The position numbers and the translations under genes were made by a program. Positions 52,583-64,000 of a stretch of DNA of 64,000 nt are shown here, piece by piece. Each line of letters opens with the position of its first letter. Within the stretch, counting starts at the first letter, position 1. Origin of the DNA: Eledone cirrhosa (Eukaryota); contig OZ024743.1 of NCBI GenBank assembly GCA_964016885.1, positions 47,988,001 through 48,052,000 of the forward strand, read 5' to 3'. Under the pieces are notes generated by a model. That model was not told where the DNA came from. It saw only the letters and a program-made list of their open reading frames with translations, and searched no databases.

Positions 52583-52691
52583 ATAAGACACACTAGTGTA
52601 CAAGACATCCTTGGTTTGAAATGAAAATTTTGTGGAAGAAAAAAATTAATATTTGTATAGATTAGATAATAAAGTAAACTAAACTATGCAT

Positions 52692-55262
52692 TCATCATCA
52701 TCATCATCACCGTTTTACGTCCGTTCTTCCACGCTAGCATGGGTTAGACGGGTTGTCCTGTTGTGGGCAGTGTCTGGTCGGCTGACCATGCCTTGCTCAT
52801 ACAGGAACTGATCTGGCTTGATTTCTACAGCTGGATGCCCTTCCTAACACCAACCTCATTTACAGTGAGTGCTGGGTGCTTTTTCGTGGCGCCTACACGT
52901 CCACTTTACAGTGTGGGCTGGGTGCTTTTTTGCCGTGGCACATCCACGACCACCTTGCGGTGGGTGGGGTGGGGGGGGGGGGGCATATTGTTTATATGCT
53001 TCAGCATGTACCCATGGGAGGTCGGGTACCCTGTATTACTGCGTGACGCCAGAAGTCACGGTCGTGTGTCATTGACTTTGAGAGGTGTAGTTGGGTAAGG
53101 TCGGCTTTTATCACCTCATCCCAAGTCATCTTGGGTCTCCCCACTCCGCGGTTTCCATCAACTTCTAGTGCTCTGCACCTTTTTATGCAGCTGTCATCCT
53201 TCATACGCATCACATGTCCATACCAGCGTAACCGCCTCTCCTGCACGCAGCATTTGATTCCTCTTATGCTCAGTCTCTCTCTCAATTCCTTTATGCTTTG
53301 TCGTTCACGTATATTACTGTTACACATCCATCGGAGCATGCAGGCTTCGTTTCTCTCTAATCTACGTAAGTCTTCCACCTTCAGCGCCCAGGTCTCACTA
53401 CCATGCAACATCGCTGTTCGGATACACGCATCATACAGTCTGCCTTTCATTCTGAGGGAGAAGCCTTTTGCAGCTAGCAGTGGTAGTAGTTCCCTAAACT
53501 TCTTCCATCCCGTTCTTACCCTAGTTATTGTACTTTCTGAGCACCCACCTCCGTTGCTAATTCGGTCACCTAGGTAGCAGAAGCTGTCTACTGTTTCTAC
53601 AGGGCCCTCCCAGAGATTGGTGGTACTTGTTTCCTGTGGCTGTTTGCTTGCTGTTTCAGCACAGCTGCTGCATGTGAATCCTACATTCTTAATTAAGCTT
53701 CCTGAGATCCCGCTACATCTCTTGTGTACCCATTGTTTGCATTTGGGGCAGAGAATGGAGTTCATACCTACACCTTTCCTACATACTGAGCAAGGCCATT
53801 TCCCTGAGGGGATCTGGGTTCTGTTTTCTCGTCTACTTATAAGGACCTTAGTCTTTGTCATGTTGACTTTGAGGCCCTTTCTCTCTAGTCCCTGCTTCCA
53901 GGTTTGGAATTTATTCTCTAGTTCTACCATAGATTCAGCTATGAGTGCGAGGTCATCAGCATACAGGAGTTCCCATGGGCATCCGGTCTTAAACTCCTCC
54001 GTTATTGCCTGCAGGACTATGATGAACAGGAGAGTGCTAAGAACAGAGCCCTGGTGGACCCCAACCTGTACGCTAAATTCCTCGCTATACTCATTGCTAA
54101 TCCTAACTTTGCTGACTGCTCCCCTATACATGGCTTGTACCGCTTTCACAAGCCATTCATCTACTCCTAGTTTTCTAAGAGTCCACCAGATTACTGCACG
54201 TGGAACTCTGTCAAAGGCTTTCTCAAGGTCGACAAATGCCAAGTAGAGTGGCTTACTTTTAGCTAGGTACTTTTCCTGTAATTGCCTCACAAGGAAGAGG
54301 GCATCAGTGGTGCCTTTCCCTGGTACAAACCCAAATTGCATCTCGTCTATATTCACCCGGTCCCTAATCAGCTGTGCTATAACTCTTTCTGTTACTTTCA
54401 TGACCTGGTCCATCAACTTTATACCTCTATAGTTTCCTCTATCTAGTGCATCGCCTTTACCTTTGTAGCAGTTGACAATGATGCTACTGCACCAATCTTT
54501 TGGTATGGCCCCCTCTAGTATTACCTGGTTAACGATACGTGTGGTTATAGTGTGACCTACAGACCCAGATGCCTTCAGCATCTCGGCAGCTATACCCGAT
54601 GGACCGGTTGCCTTCCCTATCTTCATATCTCTGATTGCCTTACTTACTACGCTGCCGCTGACTTGTACTGCTGGTTCCTCTATAGGGTCTACGTGGGGTA
54701 GGGTCTCTTCTTCCCATGCATTCTCCTCATTTAGTAATCTATCATAATGACTCTTCCATGCATCTTTCTTCTCAGCACTTGTGAGGGCAAGCTCACCTTT
54801 ATCATTCCGGATACACTTCTCTCCAATGACATCACAACTATCTCTGACACACTGCCTCGCAATCTTGAATACCTCCTGTTTCTGGTCCTCACGTTGTAAA
54901 ACATGCTTGAATTTTCTATCCTCTGCTTCCCTCCTAGCTAAGTATACTTGTCGCCTAGCTTCCCTCTTGGTCTCTATGTAATGTACCCTGCTCCCCCCGT
55001 TCTTCCATTCTTTCCATGCCTGTCTCTTGGCCTTGACTGCTTCATCTACCTTATTGTTCCACCACCAAGTCACTCTCCTCCTGCTTGAGGTCTTACTCCA
55101 GCCACAAACCTCATCCGTCGCCTCTAGTAAGTTATTTTTTAGGAACTCCCAGTTCTCTTCTACGTTAAATGTCTCTATCTGTTCTTCTTTACTGTCGTAG
55201 GCGTTGAGTAAAATATCTTTAAATCTGTTACTGGTTGAGGGGACTTTCAGCTTCCAGATCTT
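52692..55262 (-). mobile_element. RTE-PHD LINE (subfamily B), ORF open from the gap to 53001, with 3' UTR and (GAT)n
   Basis: About 750 uninterrupted codons with all RT motifs and the PHD finger; 5' part lost in the N gap. Confidence 0.95.
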
Positions 55263-55462
55263 NNNNNNNNNNNNNNNNNNNNNNNNNNNNNNNNNNNNNN
55301 NNNNNNNNNNNNNNNNNNNNNNNNNNNNNNNNNNNNNNNNNNNNNNNNNNNNNNNNNNNNNNNNNNNNNNNNNNNNNNNNNNNNNNNNNNNNNNNNNNNN
55401 NNNNNNNNNNNNNNNNNNNNNNNNNNNNNNNNNNNNNNNNNNNNNNNNNNNNNNNNNNNNNN
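55263..55462. other. Assembly gap (200 N)
   Basis: Run of N. Confidence 1.
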
Positions 55463-58432
<2,970 letters not shown>

Positions 58433-58504
58433 TGCGTGTGTTTCTTATTGGCAACATGACCGTCCCAAAGTATAACAATATATATTATATATATATATAT
58501 ATAT

Positions 58505-58546
<42 letters not shown>

Positions 58547-58649
58547 TGTATATATTATATATATATATTATATATATATAATATATACAATATATAATAT
58601 ATATAATATATAATATATATATATTTATATATAACATATATATATATAT

Positions 58650-59425
58650 AATATATATTGTTATACTTTGGGAGGGTCATGTTGCCAATAAGAAACACAC
58701 GCACCAGTTGCTTTCATTTCAGTTTATTATAATAAATTTATAAATTTAGGAATTTATAAATTTCTGTTTGACCTCTTCAGTGACTGGGGATTCTTTTCTT
58801 TGTTTTTGTGCCTCTCCTTTGGTCTGTCCTACGCCATTTTGTTTCTGTGTGTTTGTGTTGTGTGCTCAGTCTACGCATGCGCCACATCCGGGTGTCTGTG
58901 TGTGTTTATATTCGTTTATTTATTTGTTTATTTACATGTTACCGGTTGGTTGTTTGTTCTATGTGCGTGCGTGTTTTCATTTTGTCCTTAATTGTAAGTT
59001 GTGATGTTGCTGTTCCACTCATATTTTCTATTTAATTTTGGTTGTAATTCTTTTGTTTATTGCCTCTGTGATTTGTCTAAACATTGCGTCTTTTCTGTGT
59101 GTAGATTCTATTTTTATTTCTATGTTCTCTAATTTACCCTTATGTTCTATTTTAGCATGTTGGTAGAGTACAGATGATTCTTTACTATCTTGAAGGTCTC
59201 GCCAGTATTCATTTATCCGTTCCCCTACACTACGAGCTGTCTCACCTATGTACACTATATTTTTGTCTCTACATTGTCCTTCAGTACATCTTATGCTATA
59301 TACTACATTTCTAGTTTTACAGTTAATATGGGGGCTTATTTTACAGGCCTCCCAAATTATAACAATATCGGTTTCAACACGTTTTCAGATAAAGAATCTT
59401 GCTAAACAAATTCATAAACGAAATA
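58650..59425 (-). mobile_element. Penelope-like element 3' fragment (GIY-YIG endonuclease) in (TA)n
   Basis: CKTRNVVYSIRC...YIGETARSVGERINE...LYQH...RQITEAI on -, frameshifted; flanked by TA runs. Confidence 0.85.
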
Positions 59426-59433
59426 TATAATAT

Positions 59434-59465
<32 letters not shown>

Positions 59466-59469
59466 ATAT

Positions 59470-59537
<68 letters not shown>

Positions 59538-59595
59538 TATATATAATATATATATATATATATAATATATATATATATTATATATATATATATAA

Positions 59596-59828
59596 AAGCT
59601 TCACGGCACAGGCATTGCTTTATATCTGGAGATCTCTCTGCACTTGTCGTCACATGGTACCATGGGCCCAGCACTATGTGTCAATAATTGTCACAAGTGT
59701 AGTGTTTGTACCAGAGTTTTCAAGTCGCTGGCTGGACTAAAAAGTCACACTCGTTCAGCGCATTGGTAGGGGTTCTCCTACATGGATATAAAGTAGTGGC
59801 CGTACTCGAAAACGAGTTGGCAGCCACC
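59596..59828 (+). mobile_element. 3' end of a different RTE-like LINE with C-terminal C2H2 finger, inside (TA)n
   Basis: HKCSVCTRVFKSLAGLKSHTRSAHW* (59692-59769), short 3' UTR with hairpin CTCGAAAACGAG, then (AT)n. Confidence 0.6.
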
Positions 59829-60945
59829 ATATATATATATACATATGTATGAATCACTACCTCCCTACGGACAACTGACGCTGCACACAATGTCCGGACA
59901 TGGAAGAGCCGATCTTTCAGTCATCATCCCCCATCTCTCTTGCCCTCCCCATCTCTCTGTATTATGAGCAAATGAGGTCCCTGTCACACTAAAGTTACGC
60001 TTTCGGCAAAAACATTCTAAATTTGATGTAAAATTCACATACAAATGTAGTATGAAAAAAAGTGGGAAATGAAATGTTTTTAAATGTCATGTCTTCATTC
60101 ATGCCCAAAATAAACGTTCTCTATCAAGTGATCTCACTCTCTCACAAACACACACTTTTACTTTATATATATAACCCATGCCAGCATGGAAAATGGACGT
60201 TAAACGATGATGATATATATACATATATATATAGCTTTGTTAAAGTTTGGTGAAAAAAACCAAGTATTTGTATTCTATATGTACAACAATTAAAAAATTA
60301 GTTATATATAAAAAAATAAATTAAATATACAGCTAGCATCTATATATGTTTTAATGATAAAAAAAGCAACATGAAATTAAGTATTTTGCTCAAGAACACA
60401 ATGCACTGCTTGGTTGAGAAATCGAACTTACAACATAATGACTGTGAATCCATCACCTTAACATTTAAGCTATGATGTTTGTAGTTGTATTTTGATTTAG
60501 GCACAGAGTCAACATTGCTGCTACTATTTTTTATCGATCCCATAAGGATGATTTGAACTCAGAACGTATGTGACCTATCTACCAACCACCACCCTCTGTA
60601 GTCATATTAATAAACATAATATAAAAGTAAACATGAAAATGAAAATAAATAAAGTTAAAAACAAACAAACCAAGAACAAATGTACTTACAGAAACACAGT
60701 CATGGAAATATGTCTAATCATTGACACAAATAAATATAACAAAAGAAAAAATAGCGAATCAAATTTCTGAACTAACAAGTAGCGCATTGGCCAGGTGATA
60801 AAAATAGTAAAGGATAGACCACTATGATAGTTTATGGTATACAAACATTGGATTTAAATATTCATCGCTAGTAGTGTAATGGAGTTAAAATGAAAACGAA
60901 TTCTGAAAATATCACTGGTATGAACAGAAAAGAGTTTCACATCAC

Positions 60946-62210
60946 TGCAAATTCACAAACACTAAGGAATGCAACCAATAACAAAGTGCATTAGGGGAAT
61001 GGGTATTCTGATAAGCGAAACAATAAAGGGAAAGCATATGATTGGATGCTTGTGCTAAGATTCAGTGTTTACAAGAGTGTGTGTGTATATATATATCATC
61101 ATCATCATCGTTTAACATCTATCTCCCACACTAGCATGGGTTAGACGGGAGTTGTCCCACTTGAGGCAAGATTGATCGGGTGACCGTGTCTCATTCGTAT
61201 AGGACTATCTGGCAGGTTTTCTACGGCTGGATGCCTTTACAGTGTGGACTGGGAACTTTTTATTGTGTTACCTACACGGCCACATTACAGTGTGGACTGG
61301 GAACTTTTTATTGTGTTACCTACACGGCCACATTACAGTGTGGACTGGGAACTTTTTATTGTGTTACCTACACGGCCACATTACAGCGGGGACTGTGTAT
61401 TTTTTTTGTCGTGACACCTACATGATCTCGATCTCGTTATCTCATTAGTTTGGACTGGATGTTGTGGTACCAACATAACTTTACAGAGAAAGGGTGGTGT
61501 TGGTGGGAGTGGAAGGATGGAGTAGGGGATATATATATAAAATGTGGGTAATATTAAATATCCAATTACCAAGTATGAGAATAGCTCAATGTAAAATAAC
61601 AAGTATATTACAGAGCCAAAATACTTTATAAATAACAATCAAAGAGTGTTTAAAATATTTAATCACTGATGATTGTTTCATCCTAGAACAAGGCCAGAAT
61701 CATCGGAGCAGATAATAAAGGTTGAAACAGAAATATAATATCAGGAGTTTGTCATGAGAAGATTAGGAGGATATATAATATGGGAAGTAAGCATGAGTAT
61801 TATTTATAAAGTATATAAAAAGGGGGGGGGGGGGGGATACAGTCCATGCTGTAATGTGGCCGTGTAGGTAACACAGTAAAAAGCTCCTAGTCCACACTGT
61901 AAATATGGCTGGTGTTAGGAAGGGCATCCAACCATAGAAAACCTGCCAGATAGTCCTATACGAATGAGACACGGTCACCCGATCAATCTTGCCTCAAGTG
62001 GGACAACTCCCGTCTAACCCATGCTAGTGTGGAAGATAGATGTTAAACGATGATGATGATGATATATATACACACACACTCTTGTAAACACTGAATCTTA
62101 GCACAAGCATCCAATCATATGCTTTCCCTTTATTGTTTCGCTTATCAGAATACCCATTCCCCTAATGCACTTTGTTATTGGTTGCATTCCTTAGTGTTTG
62201 TGAATTTGCA
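60946..62210. repeat. Inverted duplication: RTE tail plus about 150 bp of unique flank (60946-61400 vs 61837-62210)
   Basis: 60946-61095 is the reverse complement of 62063-62210; the left arm also carries 3 x 48-bp tandem copies. Confidence 0.9.
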
Positions 62211-62399
62211 CCACCAAGTGTGACAATTGGCCACACATCACAAGGGTCAATGGAATATTTTGAGGCAAGCCAATACACTCGCAGTATTATCACAAGTGAT
62301 GGCGAGGTTAAGGCGCTGAAACTATCAGGGACCCTCACGGGCATCCCCTGAAACCTGTTAGGTGAGATGCCAGCGATGACCAGAACTTCGCTGTCAGTG

Positions 62400-62945
62400 G
62401 CCCAACTCCACCAAATGCTTAGACTGCCAGAGGCTGAAAAAAACAATTATTAGATAGATCCAGGTATTTTTGAATTTTATTCTGTTTGTCAACGGAATCA
62501 GTGACCCTCACATTTACTGTGGCATCCATGATGTGGGAGGGAGCAAAGGAGTCACTGACTGTAGCATCCCAGATGAAACACCTACCTCTTACCCATGGAC
62601 AAAAGGTAATGGCAGTGAGCCGTCGCAGTGTGCACCCAACTGCTATGGGTCGGAGGTCACCATTGGGTTTTGTGAGGCCAAACAGTTTAACCCCAAAGAA
62701 CAGGGGGCGAATATAAGAGGAGGCATGATCCTTGAGGTGCTGAGGCCATAGACCATCAATTCCTGCACCAGAACCAGCTGAAAAGAATATGATTGCTTTC
62801 CTGACGTTATCTGGGGTGAAGACAGGCTGTAAATAACCTGGTGGATCGGGCCAGTGGAAGGGGTCATCTGGAGGAGCCAGAGGATGTTTCACTCTCAGTC
62901 GGTTGAGTGAATCAGTAGTGCACTGAGTGAGGGATGACAATAGGA
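62400..62945 (-). mobile_element. Internally deleted CRE-clade (RLE-type) non-LTR retrotransposon
   Basis: GSGAGIDGL.PQHLKD...KPNGDLRPIAVGCTLRRL fused directly to the RLE region PWVRGRCFIWDAT...KYLDL...FQPLAV. Confidence 0.8.
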
Positions 62946-62974
62946 TAGAGTACAAGTTGGACCTCTTAAATCTT

Positions 62975-63260
62975 TTCTAACATTGGCCACAGTACTTAAC
63001 TGATGCTTTATTTTATCAATACCAGAAAGATGAAAGGCAAAGTTGACTTTAGCAGAATTTGAACTCAGAGTGCAGAAATTCGTAGCAAAATACTGCAAAG
63101 AATTGTGTTAATACTCTACTGATATTGACTATCTACCTCCCACAATACTGTTAATTATTGTTTCTACTTTTGACACAAGGCCAGCATTTACCCCAGTATA
63201 TTACTGGTGCTTTATTTTATTGATCCCATACGGATGAAAGGCAAAGTTAACCTCGGAAGT
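62975..63260 (-). mobile_element. Two tandem tRNA-derived SINE fragments
   Basis: Same core motif as 17727. Confidence 0.75.
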
Positions 63261-64000
63261 ATAATAAGGAACAGGAACGAAGTATCAATATCAAATCATT
63301 ATGTTAATTCACATGTAACACATGTTTTGCAATCGATCAGTGATCAGTAGTGATCACACCCAATTGTGAAATCAATAGCTCAGCAGAAACTAAACATTAC
63401 ACACCAATAACCCTATATATATATATATATATATAATAATAATACAAGGACGATTTGTTAAGCCTTCATTATGTTTATTGATTGGTGACGCGTGTTGTGT
63501 TATTGATCAGCTCAAGGTTCAATCTATATCCATCTGGCCCGACTCTGGAATCAAAAGCTCATCGGACTTCTGCTGTTGTAATGACATCGAGTGCTCACCT
63601 GGGTGAACCTACAGTAACTTCATGTTACACTCCCTGGATATATATATATATATATATCATCATCGTTTAACATGTATTTCCACACTAGCATGAGTTAGAC
63701 ATATTTCGAAAGGACTACAGTCATTAGCCAGTCATAGCAGTAATGAATACAAGATTTTATTTACCGATGCAACATATAACACCTGTTCTCCATTGTCATT
63801 ATGATAACAAAGGTGGACCGTTAACCTATTGCTTTTAGCTTTTCAATTATATTACATTTAACAGAACTATGTGAATATGTCTGTGGGTAGATAATTGAAT
63901 GATCAGGATGATAATAATAATAATAATTTCTTTGTGTATGTGTGTGAATGTGAGGGTTTTGCATGCAAACAGGTTTAATGAAAATAAGGGGGGGGGGGGG

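Noticed and set aside
58700-58790. Complete hammerhead in the Penelope 3' end
   Set aside because: CTGAAGA is present, but stems II/III and the cleavage triplet cannot be formed; remnant only.

Overview
AT-rich, repeat-dense animal genomic DNA, not prokaryotic. The SINE/RTE repertoire and very long (TA)n tracts suggest an octopus-like cephalopod (inference). Positions 1-10.99 kb are a 53-bp satellite with higher-order duplications that ends in a 25-bp precursor-like array. Two spliced genes are arranged convergently. On + are five exons (12789-21970) of a cation-dependent mannose-6-phosphate receptor (M6PR) homologue whose sorting tail is intact but whose sugar-binding residues appear lost. 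On - are eight exons (47358-29481) of NAD kinase (NADK). Both genes lack their 5' exons in this window. Introns and intergenic DNA contain RTE LINEs with a PHD finger inserted inside the RT (two subfamilies, each with >700 open codons). They also hold CR1, CRE, Penelope, DD37D mariner, pogo-like MITE and Helitron-like remnants and many tRNA-derived SINEs. The most notable unexplained structures are type I hammerhead-ribozyme motifs, including a head-to-head inverted pair, a twin-primed RTE insertion, and local inverted duplications linked to LINE tails and (TA)n. All calls were made by eye without database searches.
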